The translations under genes were made by a program, and so were the position numbers. A DNA stretch of 64,000 nt, taken from IMG/VR virus record IMGVR_UViG_3300009159_000032; one strand, 5' to 3'. The notes beneath the pieces are model-generated. The model was not told the DNA's origin, ran no database searches, and was given only the letters and a program-made list of their open reading frames with translations. This DNA comes from a virus. Positions 43,594 to 52,146 of the stretch are shown here, piece after piece. How positions within the stretch are numbered: position 1 is the first letter of the stretch; each line of letters begins with the position of its first letter.

Positions 43594-44129
43594 GAGACTT
43601 ATTGACCATTATAGAAGCTGTAGAAACTAAAAAATTAACTACAGAAAAACTGCCCTACGGCAAGTCTGAACTTAATCCTGTCATGAGTGATGCCACTATC
43701 AATTATCATTACGAAAAACTAGCCAAGGGGTATGCAGAAAAATATAACAAAGGCGAAGGTGATGATGCTTTTAATATTGCAGGAAGTTTTCTTCATAATT
43801 TATTCTTTCCTCAATTACAGCCTCCCAAAACAAATAATAAACCTGTAGGTGCAAGTTTAGCACTTATTGAAAAGAAATTTAAATCATTTGAAAAATTTCA
43901 AGAAGAAATGCAAACTGAAGCTATGAAAATACAAGGCAGCGGATGGATTTACATGAGCACATCCGGTGCTATTAAAACAATTAAGAATCACGAGGTTAGA
44001 AAAGATATAGCATTGTTGATTGACTGGTGGGAACATGCCTGGGCATTGGACTACCAAGCAGACAAGCAAAAATATATCAAAAACATTTGGCGTATAATTA
44101 ATTGGGAAGTTGTTAACTCAAGACTATAA
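43590..44129 (+). CDS. sod: Fe/Mn superoxide dismutase with N-terminal leader
   Basis: LPY..SEL.P.MS..TINYHY, FLHNLFF, QGSGW, IDWWEHAW..DY: all four metal ligands present. Confidence 0.92.
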   Translation: MRDLLTIIEAVETKKLTTEKLPYGKSELNPVMSDATINYHYEKLAKGYAEKYNKGEGDDAFNIAGSFLHNLFFPQLQPPKTNNKPVGASLALIEKKFKSFEKFQEEMQTEAMKIQGSGWIYMSTSGAIKTIKNHEVRKDIALLIDWWEHAWALDYQADKQKYIKNIWRIINWEVVNSRL

Positions 44130-44130
44130 T

Positions 44131-44652
44131 ATGAATCAGAGACCATTGTATTTTATATCCCAAAAAAAAGAGTTAGAATTAATTAATAAATTAGAAACTA
44201 TTGTTGATAATAGGTTATTTCATCCTTCTAATACTGCTGTTATACAAGCCAGTGTTGATTTTGCAGGGACTGCGGCTATGCATCTTGCACATTCTTGGTC
44301 CGTAGGCGGAGAAATTATTCCAATTATTCCAATCGAAGTGACATACCCCGGCGAAACCTACGACTATGTTAGATCAAAATTTCAATATGATATGCGTTGG
44401 CATTTAGAACATTTTGATTATCAAAGATTTGTTGTTGTTGAAGCGGGCATTATTCGCGGTGGGAATTGGAAATGGATTTTAGAAGAATTTGCTCTTTTAA
44501 ATGTTCCTCGAGAAAATATCACATTAGTAACTATGGTAGAAAATATTCATTCAATTATAAAATCTGACTACGTCGGCGAATATTATGATGACGATAAGGA
44601 AGATTTAACTTTTTACTTTGAAAAATTTAACAAGCACTGGCCGGTAAAATAA
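44131..44652 (+). CDS. phosphoribosyltransferase-fold-like protein
   Basis: RFVVVEAGIIRGGNW resembles a degenerate PRPP-binding loop. Confidence 0.5.
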   Translation: MNQRPLYFISQKKELELINKLETIVDNRLFHPSNTAVIQASVDFAGTAAMHLAHSWSVGGEIIPIIPIEVTYPGETYDYVRSKFQYDMRWHLEHFDYQRFVVVEAGIIRGGNWKWILEEFALLNVPRENITLVTMVENIHSIIKSDYVGEYYDDDKEDLTFYFEKFNKHWPVK

Positions 44653-44661
44653 CCAAACAGG

Positions 44662-44690
44662 TTGATTTCTGCCTAAATAATCTATACTAT
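44662..44690 (+). promoter_or_regulatory. sigma70-type promoter with embedded TAAATA
   Basis: TTGATT-17-TACTAT, with TAAATA at 44674-44679. Confidence 0.7.
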
Positions 44691-44710
44691 AACACACAAG
44701 GAGATAATCT

Positions 44711-44983
44711 ATGGGAAAAGCATTTGGAGCCCCAGAGCAGGCCAAAATTAAACAAATCGTTGCAGAAGGCATGACTGTAATGCAGGAAATTCAAGACCTT
44801 ACTGAAGGATTGAATGACACAATCAAAGCAGTAGCAGAAGAATTAGAAGTTAAACCTAGTGTGATTAAAAAAGCAATCCGCATTGCACAAAAAGATCAAT
44901 GGGATCAAGTTTGGAGAGAATTTGACGACCTAGAAACTATTGTTGACATCAGTGGACATAGTTTCCGTAAAAAAGATGAATGA
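44711..44983 (+). CDS. putative dsDNA-binding protein (T4 DsbA/GapR-like)
   Basis: EIQDLTEGLNDTIKAVAEELEVKPSVIKKAIRIA helical pattern, upstream of the polymerase. Confidence 0.55.
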   Translation: MGKAFGAPEQAKIKQIVAEGMTVMQEIQDLTEGLNDTIKAVAEELEVKPSVIKKAIRIAQKDQWDQVWREFDDLETIVDISGHSFRKKDE

Positions 44984-45266
44984 TATCTTATTGGGTATTC
45001 TTAATTGGATACGCGATGATTACAAAAGCAATAGAGTTCGTTTTTGTCTTGAGGTCCTTGCTTGGGCTATTTCTATTGGCTGTAGTATCACTATGGCACT
45101 CACCGTTCCGACCCCACCTTTACTCTATATGTACCCAGTGTGGATCACTGGCTGTGCTATATATGCTGGGTGTGCTTATAGTCGGCGTTCCTTTGGTATG
45201 CTTGCTAATTACCTGCTTCTTACCACAATCGACTCAATAGGGTTGATTAGAATGTTAAATAATTAA
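44976..45266 (+). CDS. small multi-TM membrane protein
   Basis: Three hydrophobic segments. Start MNDILLG. Confidence 0.7.
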   Translation: MNDILLGILNWIRDDYKSNRVRFCLEVLAWAISIGCSITMALTVPTPPLLYMYPVWITGCAIYAGCAYSRRSFGMLANYLLLTTIDSIGLIRMLNN

Positions 45267-45276
45267 GAGAAAGGTT

Positions 45277-45329
45277 TAACCAGCCACAAATGGTTATAAA
45301 GGTATTTGTCAGCCGCAAGTGACATGGAG
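45277..45329 (+). promoter_or_regulatory. tandem hairpins abutting the polymerase SD (putative translational operator)
   Basis: taacca-GCCACAAA-tggtta and tgtca-GCCGCAAG-tgaca, then GGAG. Confidence 0.6.
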
Positions 45330-45334
45330 AAAAT

Positions 45335-48004
45335 ATGAGTTATGTTGATTCCGTCTGGGATCGCGACAAAGACACCATTCGAGTTGTCGAGCGAGACCTT
45401 ACTAAAGGTAGACAGTTTAAAGACTTTCCTGCCAAATATGTTTTTTACTATCCAGACCCAAAAGGAAAATATCAATCCATTCATGGAGATCCCTTAACTA
45501 AGGTCAGTGTAAAAAGTCATAAAGAATTCCAAAAAGAACTACGCATACACAGCGGCAAGAAACTTTTTGAAAGTGATATTAATCCAGTATTCCGATGTCT
45601 AGAAGAAAACTATCTAGGTAAAGATGCTCCAACACTAAATGTAGCGTTTTGGGATATTGAAGTGGACTTTGATCCCGAGCGTGGATATGCAAGTCCTGAT
45701 GATCCGTTCATGCCAATCACTGCCATTGCTGTTCACCTACAGTGGATGGACACACTGGTATGTCTTGCTATACCACCAAAGACCATGACCATGGAACAGG
45801 CCAAGGAAGCAGTTAAAGATTTCCCTAACACTATCTTATTTGATTCAGAATATGATATGTTGGATACTTTTTTAAATTTAATCCAAGATGCAGATGTGTT
45901 ATCAGGTTGGAACAGCGAGGGATTCGATATGCCCTATACTGTTAATCGCGTTATTAAAGTTTTAAGCAAAGAAGATACACGTAGATTCTGTTTGTTTAAT
46001 CATTATCCTAAAAGGAGAGAATATGAGAAATATGGTAAAGATGCTGTCACTTATGATCTTATTGGTCGCGTCCATCTTGACAGTCTCGAGTTATACAGGA
46101 AATATACCTATGAAGAAAGACATAGTTATCGACTAGATGCTATTGCTGAATACGAACTAGGCGAAACTAAGACTGTGTACGAAGGAACACTGGATCAACT
46201 TTACAACAATGACTTTAAAAAGTTCATCGAATATAACAGACAAGACTGTGCCCTGCTTGACAAACTAGATAAAAAACTTAAATTTATTGATCTTGCCAAT
46301 ACTGTTGCTCATGAAAACACAGTGTTGATTCAAACCACAATGGGTGCTGTGGCTGTAACAGAACAGGCAATTGTCAATGAAGCTCATCACAGAGGTATGA
46401 TTGTTCCAGGGCGTCCTAAACGTGATGAAGAAGTCGATACACAGGCCGCAGGTGCTTATGTAGCATATCCTAAAAAAGGACTACATGACTGGATCGGCTC
46501 AATGGATATTAACAGTTTGTATCCTTCGGCAATTCGTGCGTTGAACATGGGTCCAGAAACTATTATAGGTCAACTGCGTCAAGATTACACCAAATCAGAA
46601 ATATCTAGTAAAATGAGCAAAGGTAGCTCGTTTGCGGCTGCATGGGAAGGTAAGTTTGGTAGCAACGAATATGAATTTGTAATGAGTAAAGATCGGGCAA
46701 CTGATATTACCATTGACTGGGAAGATGGTAGAGTCGACGTGCTCAGCGGTGCTCAAATTTATGAATTGATTTTTGAAAGTAATCAACCTTGGATGCTGAG
46801 TGCTAACGGTACTATCTTTACCTATGAGCGTGAAGGTATTATTCCTGGCTTGTTAAAGCGGTGGTATGCTGAACGTAAAGAAATGCAGGCCAAGTTAAAG
46901 GAAGCCATTGCCGCAGGAGACAAAGTACAAGAAGAATACTGGGACAAACGTCAACTAGTTAAGAAGATTAACTTGAACAGTTTATATGGTGCTATTCTTA
47001 ACGCAGGTTGCCGTTTCTTTGATAATCGTATTGGACAAAGTACTACACTGACTGGTCGAAGAATTGCCCGACACATGGCTAGTAAAGTCAACGAAGTTAT
47101 CACAGGTGAATATAATTACATTGGTAAAAGTATTATCTACGGTGATACTGACTCTGTTTATTTTTCAGCATACACTACGTTGAAAAACGACATCAATAAG
47201 AAACTTATTCCGTGGGACAAAGATACAATTATTCAATTGTATGATACAATCTCAGATGAAGTTAATGGTACATTTTCTCAATATATGTTAGACGATTTTC
47301 ATTGCCCAACTAGCAGGGGCAGTGTTATCAAAGCAGGTCGAGAAATTGTTGCTGTTAAAGGCCTGTTCATTACTAAGAAACGTTATGCTGTTCTTTACTT
47401 TGACAAAGAAGGTAAACGTAGCGATGTAGAGGGCAAGCCAGGAAAAATCAAGGCCATGGGCTTAGACTTGAAGCGTAGTGATACTCCAGAGTTTATGCAA
47501 AAGTTTCTAGAAGAAGTACTAACTAAAGTGCTTAATGGTGCTGAAGAAAAAGATATTCTAGAAATGATTGGCGAATTCCGAACTGAGTTTAAAGCAAGAC
47601 CTGGTTGGGAAAAAGGCAGTCCCAAACGTGCCAACAACATTGCTGAGTACCAGGCTAAAGAAGTCAAGGCTGGCAAGACTAATATGCCAGGCCACGTTAG
47701 AGCAAGTATTAATTGGAATACGCTCAAAAGAATGAACGGTGACAAATACAGTCAACAGATTGTAGACGGTATGAAAGTCATTGTTTGTAAACTAAAAGAC
47801 AATCCATTAGGATATACATCAGTGGCATATCCAGTAGACGAATTACGTCTACCTAAGTGGTTTCAAGAACTTCCATTTGATCACGGTGAAATGGAAACAA
47901 CAATTATCAATAACAAACTTGATAACTTAATCGGTGTGTTGGAATGGGACTTAGAATCAACAACACAAAATAACACCTTTGGTAGTTTATTCAGCTTTGA
48001 ATAA
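45335..48004 (+). CDS. family B DNA polymerase (T4 gp43-like)
   Basis: Exonuclease motifs DIE, GWNSEGFD, YNRQD. Polymerase motifs DINSLYP, KINLNSLYG, YGDTDS, KKRYA. Confidence 0.97.
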   Translation: MSYVDSVWDRDKDTIRVVERDLTKGRQFKDFPAKYVFYYPDPKGKYQSIHGDPLTKVSVKSHKEFQKELRIHSGKKLFESDINPVFRCLEENYLGKDAPTLNVAFWDIEVDFDPERGYASPDDPFMPITAIAVHLQWMDTLVCLAIPPKTMTMEQAKEAVKDFPNTILFDSEYDMLDTFLNLIQDADVLSGWNSEGFDMPYTVNRVIKVLSKEDTRRFCLFNHYPKRREYEKYGKDAVTYDLIGRVHLDSLELYRKYTYEERHSYRLDAIAEYELGETKTVYEGTLDQLYNNDFKKFIEYNRQDCALLDKLDKKLKFIDLANTVAHENTVLIQTTMGAVAVTEQAIVNEAHHRGMIVPGRPKRDEEVDTQAAGAYVAYPKKGLHDWIGSMDINSLYPSAIRALNMGPETIIGQLRQDYTKSEISSKMSKGSSFAAAWEGKFGSNEYEFVMSKDRATDITIDWEDGRVDVLSGAQIYELIFESNQPWMLSANGTIFTYEREGIIPGLLKRWYAERKEMQAKLKEAIAAGDKVQEEYWDKRQLVKKINLNSLYGAILNAGCRFFDNRIGQSTTLTGRRIARHMASKVNEVITGEYNYIGKSIIYGDTDSVYFSAYTTLKNDINKKLIPWDKDTIIQLYDTISDEVNGTFSQYMLDDFHCPTSRGSVIKAGREIVAVKGLFITKKRYAVLYFDKEGKRSDVEGKPGKIKAMGLDLKRSDTPEFMQKFLEEVLTKVLNGAEEKDILEMIGEFRTEFKARPGWEKGSPKRANNIAEYQAKEVKAGKTNMPGHVRASINWNTLKRMNGDKYSQQIVDGMKVIVCKLKDNPLGYTSVAYPVDELRLPKWFQELPFDHGEMETTIINNKLDNLIGVLEWDLESTTQNNTFGSLFSFE

Positions 48005-48012
48005 AAATTTCA

Positions 48013-48041
48013 TTGACTTCTACCAATTTTCTAAATATACT
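48013..48041 (+). promoter_or_regulatory. sigma70-type promoter overlapping TAAATA
   Basis: TTGACT-17-TATACT, with TAAATA at 48032-48037. Confidence 0.8.
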
Positions 48042-48059
48042 TAACAAAAGGATTTTATC

Positions 48060-48794
48060 ATGCAAGATTTATTAAAAGATATCGTAGGTCACACACATAA
48101 CCTTGGCTTCCTAAATGTTGTGAAAATTACAGGCGAAGATACTAAAACCAGTATCGACAGTATGGCAGATGACCGTACTGTTATCATGTACGCAGAAACT
48201 GCCAATCCATATCCAGACATGATTGGTGTGTTTGGTATGCCTCAACTAAACAAACTACGCTATCACTTAGATTGCCCAGAATATAAAGAGGGTGCTAAGA
48301 TTGAAGTTGTCAAGGCAGAACGCAACGGCGAAACTATGCCAATTGGTTTACACTTTGAAAATGCAACTAAAGACTTTAAAAACGATTATCGTTTTATGAG
48401 CACAGAGATTATCAACGAAAAACTTAAAACTGTTAAGTTCCGTGGTGTTAAGTGGGATGTTGAGATCGAGCCTTCAGTGCAGTCTATCCAACGTTTCCAA
48501 TTCCAAGCAGCCGCTAACAATGAGCACACAACATTCTTGGCAAAGACTGACGGTGATAAATTGATTTTTACCTTTGGTGATCAAAGCACACATGGCGGTG
48601 AATTTGTATTTGCCACAGGTGTCACAGGTAAAATTACCAAGGCTTGGACATGGCCCGTTGTCAGTGTTTTGAGTATTCTTAAAATTGCTGATGCTAACAA
48701 TGCTAAACTGAGTTTTAGTAATGAAGGTGCTATGCAAATTACCTTAGACAGCGGCCTGGCTACTTACAAATATATTATTCCGGCAAACGCATGA
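48060..48794 (+). CDS. putative sliding clamp (gp45/PCNA-like)
   Basis: 244 aa two-domain size, alternating beta/alpha pattern, directly after the polymerase, with a clamp loader in the window. No diagnostic motif. Confidence 0.55.
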   Translation: MQDLLKDIVGHTHNLGFLNVVKITGEDTKTSIDSMADDRTVIMYAETANPYPDMIGVFGMPQLNKLRYHLDCPEYKEGAKIEVVKAERNGETMPIGLHFENATKDFKNDYRFMSTEIINEKLKTVKFRGVKWDVEIEPSVQSIQRFQFQAAANNEHTTFLAKTDGDKLIFTFGDQSTHGGEFVFATGVTGKITKAWTWPVVSVLSILKIADANNAKLSFSNEGAMQITLDSGLATYKYIIPANA

Positions 48795-49174
48795 TAAAAG
48801 GTATAATGGGATCTAATGGGATTGCTGTCGAAGGCGGTAACACCAGTGTGCCATACGTTAATGAAAATAAAAATAATCCCCTAACAGGTATGATACGTGT
48901 ATGGGGTAATGACATGCAGGTATTTGATGGTACTGCATGGTTACATATGAACACTAGTTATGCTACTGTTGAGTTTGACACTGAATCGAAAAATCTGTTA
49001 GAATGGACAAAGAAAAAGAAGGGTGAGGAAGAGGCATTGATATCTTTGCCGTCAGATCATCCAGCTGTCAAAGTTGCCAAAGAAAATCTAAATAAAGCCA
49101 AGCAAGAAGTAAAAAGACTAGAAGAACAATTACGAATAACAGAGATATTAATACATGAAGAATCCACCAGTTAA
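48791..49174 (+). CDS. hypothetical protein
   Basis: 127 aa coupled ORF. Confidence 0.7.
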   Translation: MIKGIMGSNGIAVEGGNTSVPYVNENKNNPLTGMIRVWGNDMQVFDGTAWLHMNTSYATVEFDTESKNLLEWTKKKKGEEEALISLPSDHPAVKVAKENLNKAKQEVKRLEEQLRITEILIHEESTS

Positions 49175-50774
49175 TTTAACACCGTTACAGAAAGACTATG
49201 CTGTGTATTTGCCAGCTATTAGTAGTTTCTATTCAACTTATGTTGCAAAACAACGACTAGAAGAATTTGTTCCTAAGAATCGTATTCCTGCAGGATTTGA
49301 TCGTGGTATCGAAGGTATGAACTTTCTTAATCCAGAACAAGGATACTTTACCTACAAATATGGATTGTATTCAGCAGGTCATGCACAATTAGATCTCAAC
49401 AAGTCAATGACACAAGAATCTATGATCCAACAACGTGATCGTGCTAACACAATGATCCTAGGCGACTCTGGTGGATACCAAATTGGTAAAGGCGTTCTTA
49501 AATTTGATTGGTTAGATTTTGAAGGTAAGTCGGCAAATAAAACTCGTCAAAGTATTTTAGAGTGGCTTGAATTAACTGCTGACTGGTCAATGATGCTAGA
49601 CGTTCCTACGTGGGCCTGTGACCATATTCATAGTCCAAAGACCGGACTAAAAACATTTGAAGATTGTTTAGAAAAGACACGCTTTAATAATGACTATTTC
49701 TTAATGAATAGAATTGGCCAAACTAAATGGCTAAACGTTCTGCAAGGCGGAGATTGGGATACTGCTGAAAAGTGGTATAACGGTGTTAAAGAATTCAGCG
49801 ACCCTAAAGGAAAGTATAAAGGGCGTGAAGCAGAAGGTTGGGCCTTTGGTGGTGCTAACATGTGTAAAATGGATATTACTCTTAAACGTCTTATGACACT
49901 AAGAGACGACGGTTTGCTAGAAAGCAAAAACTGGATCCACTTCTTGGGTACAGCTCAGTTGGATTGGTCATGCTATCTAACTTCAATTCAACGACAAATC
50001 AGGAAACATATCAATGAAGAAATTACCATATCTTTTGACTGCGCCAGTCCGTTCATTGCAACAGCCCACGGACTTGTCTATACCAACGCAGTCCACACAC
50101 CAAAAAGGTGGAGTGTTATTATGGACAAAGCCCCTGACAACAAAGCCTTGTCAGGCAGTGACATTCCATTCCCCTTTGAATCAACAATTGGCAGACGCTT
50201 AACAATAGCTGATATTGCCTATTATGATCTAGGCGAACGTAAGACTGATGCAGAATTAGGTAAAGTTAAATTTGATCATTTAAATCCAGAACATTATCAC
50301 AAAGTTCCCCGACTTAATAAACTAGGTAAAATTCCAAACAAAACATCGTGGGATAGTTTTGCCTACGCATTAATGATGGGACATAATGTTGAATGTCATA
50401 TTGTTGCTGTACAACGTGCTCAACAACTAATGGATATCGAATGTGCTAGACATAAACCAGACTGGCGTATGTGGGGTCTAGAAGGAAAGAAAGAAATTGA
50501 ATTCAGTGATTGGGTTCCACGTAAGATATTGTACTTTGATCGCTTTGTTAAAGAACTGTTTGAAACTAAAACCAAAGCAGAAGCATTTGCAATGATTGAG
50601 CAAGCCATGCCATTCTTACGTAGTTTGGAAGGTGCTAGACTTCAAGGCGGACCTGCTCAAAATACCTTTGGTAATTTGTTTGAAGTAGAACAGGTTGTTA
50701 AACAAGAAGAAATTGATCTTGCTAATCCAGACGATGAAGAATTACGTGCATTAGAAGAAGGACTTGTAGAATGA
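49155..50774 (+). CDS. dpdA: TGT-fold DNA transglycosylase (DpdA-like)
   Basis: GDSGGYQ, MMLDVP, VLQGG, WAFGG, IHFLG, SFDC. No obvious CxCxxC Zn site. Clustered with folE and queE. Confidence 0.8.
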   Translation: MKNPPVNLTPLQKDYAVYLPAISSFYSTYVAKQRLEEFVPKNRIPAGFDRGIEGMNFLNPEQGYFTYKYGLYSAGHAQLDLNKSMTQESMIQQRDRANTMILGDSGGYQIGKGVLKFDWLDFEGKSANKTRQSILEWLELTADWSMMLDVPTWACDHIHSPKTGLKTFEDCLEKTRFNNDYFLMNRIGQTKWLNVLQGGDWDTAEKWYNGVKEFSDPKGKYKGREAEGWAFGGANMCKMDITLKRLMTLRDDGLLESKNWIHFLGTAQLDWSCYLTSIQRQIRKHINEEITISFDCASPFIATAHGLVYTNAVHTPKRWSVIMDKAPDNKALSGSDIPFPFESTIGRRLTIADIAYYDLGERKTDAELGKVKFDHLNPEHYHKVPRLNKLGKIPNKTSWDSFAYALMMGHNVECHIVAVQRAQQLMDIECARHKPDWRMWGLEGKKEIEFSDWVPRKILYFDRFVKELFETKTKAEAFAMIEQAMPFLRSLEGARLQGGPAQNTFGNLFEVEQVVKQEEIDLANPDDEELRALEEGLVE

Positions 50775-51289
50775 ATAGAGATTATGCAACAGGCACCGCA
50801 GATAATATAGCATTTTTTACAGGACAAGAAATTGAACATAGTCCTGCATACGGAATGTCGACACTATTTGTAACTGGACTTCAAAATCCTGCCGAAGTTT
50901 TAGTATTGGCTAAACAAGAAAAAGTAAAACACATTTATTTTGGTGCTAATCAAAGTTTTAGGCCAACTAGTACAGATGAACTTAATCATTGGCAAAAAAT
51001 GATTATTTCTCTTTTGAAACAAAACTTTTGGTGTACATTAGATTTTGATGTCAAATATGCAGAAGATATTTTGGAAACAGGATTAAATGAAGAAAGAAAA
51101 TTCATTTCGATGATTTCTGTGAAGCTGCCCTACTTGACACAATTTAATTATAATAGTATACTAAAGATTGACGACAAAGACTTTGAGGCAACTAACCCGG
51201 GTGTTTGGACTCATAGGTTGCATGACCTATTGGACAGTAACAAGTTTACTGATTGGGATCAATATAAAGAGGATGAGATTGCAAAATGA
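50771..51289 (+). CDS. hypothetical protein in the deazaguanine cluster
   Basis: 172 aa, coupled to dpdA. Contains HIYFGANQSF. Confidence 0.75.
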   Translation: MNRDYATGTADNIAFFTGQEIEHSPAYGMSTLFVTGLQNPAEVLVLAKQEKVKHIYFGANQSFRPTSTDELNHWQKMIISLLKQNFWCTLDFDVKYAEDILETGLNEERKFISMISVKLPYLTQFNYNSILKIDDKDFEATNPGVWTHRLHDLLDSNKFTDWDQYKEDEIAK

Positions 51290-51489
51290 AAGAATTTGTA
51301 ATTAAAGATAGCGCCGCATTTCGACTACGTGTTAAAATGTGGAAGTGTTTAAACCCTTCAGATTTGAACAGTATTGAATTTATTCAAGAATGTAAAGATG
51401 AAAAAGGTGAAGTTAATTTTAGTTCAACCTATAATTACTTTCTTACCGATGAAGATATTAAAGCAATGGTGGATGGTTTTTCAAAATGA
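51286..51489 (+). CDS. hypothetical protein
   Basis: 67 aa coupled ORF. Confidence 0.65.
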   Translation: MKEFVIKDSAAFRLRVKMWKCLNPSDLNSIEFIQECKDEKGEVNFSSTYNYFLTDEDIKAMVDGFSK

Positions 51490-51884
51490 ACCAATCAATT
51501 ATGAGACAAGACTGGCGCCCAAATAAAATGATTTGGGTTACCTTCCGTAAAGAAGGTATGCATCGTTATCCAGCAGCCGCTACAGATCCTAATCTAGCTA
51601 CAGGTGACGAATATGATGTTTCGTTCCTTGCTAATGAACATCGCCATATCTTTCACTTCCGCGTTTGGATTGGTGTAACACACAATGATCGCGACATTGA
51701 ATTTATTCAATTCAAACGTTGGTTGGAAAATCTTTATAAAGATAGTACACTAACATTAGATCACAAGAGTTGCGAGATGATGAGCGATGATTTATATGCT
51801 CAGATTCACGCAAAGTATCCAGACCGTGAGGTTTGGATTGAGGTCTCCGAAGACGGAGAAAATGGTTCTTTTATCAAATATTAA
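51486..51884 (+). CDS. QueD-like T-fold protein (possibly DpdL-type)
   Basis: EGMH, LANEHRHIFHF, DIEF, SCE, EVSEDGEN. Confidence 0.75.
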   Translation: MNQSIMRQDWRPNKMIWVTFRKEGMHRYPAAATDPNLATGDEYDVSFLANEHRHIFHFRVWIGVTHNDRDIEFIQFKRWLENLYKDSTLTLDHKSCEMMSDDLYAQIHAKYPDREVWIEVSEDGENGSFIKY

Positions 51885-51897
51885 TAAGGAAATTTAA

Positions 51898-52146
51898 ATG
51901 GCATTGCCATCTTTTATTCAAAAAACTCTTGTAATGAAACCCGAAGTTGAGAAAATCTTTGATGATCTTGATGCATGGTTAGATCATTGTCGTTTTAACA
52001 TGTTGCCTTTTAATCCTGCAGATCTTTATAGATCTCAAGAATATCGCAACTTCCAGCGTTATCAAAACGGTGGTGAGCGCCGTCCGTACTTAGGCAAAAA
52101 GCCTCGTTTTGAGAACAAGAGCAATGGCGAACGTTTTTCTCGTTGA
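51898..52146 (+). CDS. hypothetical protein
   Basis: 82 aa with AAGGA SD. Confidence 0.7.
   Translation: MALPSFIQKTLVMKPEVEKIFDDLDAWLDHCRFNMLPFNPADLYRSQEYRNFQRYQNGGERRPYLGKKPRFENKSNGERFSR

Noticed and set aside
45335-48004. Intein or intron in the DNA polymerase
   Set aside because: The 889-aa length is normal, motifs are regularly spaced, and there is no splicing or homing-endonuclease signature.
49155-50774. Ordinary tRNA-guanine transglycosylase (tgt) for queuosine
   Set aside because: It is longer than bacterial Tgt, lacks the CxCxxC zinc motif, and sits between replication genes and precursor synthesis genes. A DNA-acting DpdA is more likely, though not proven.
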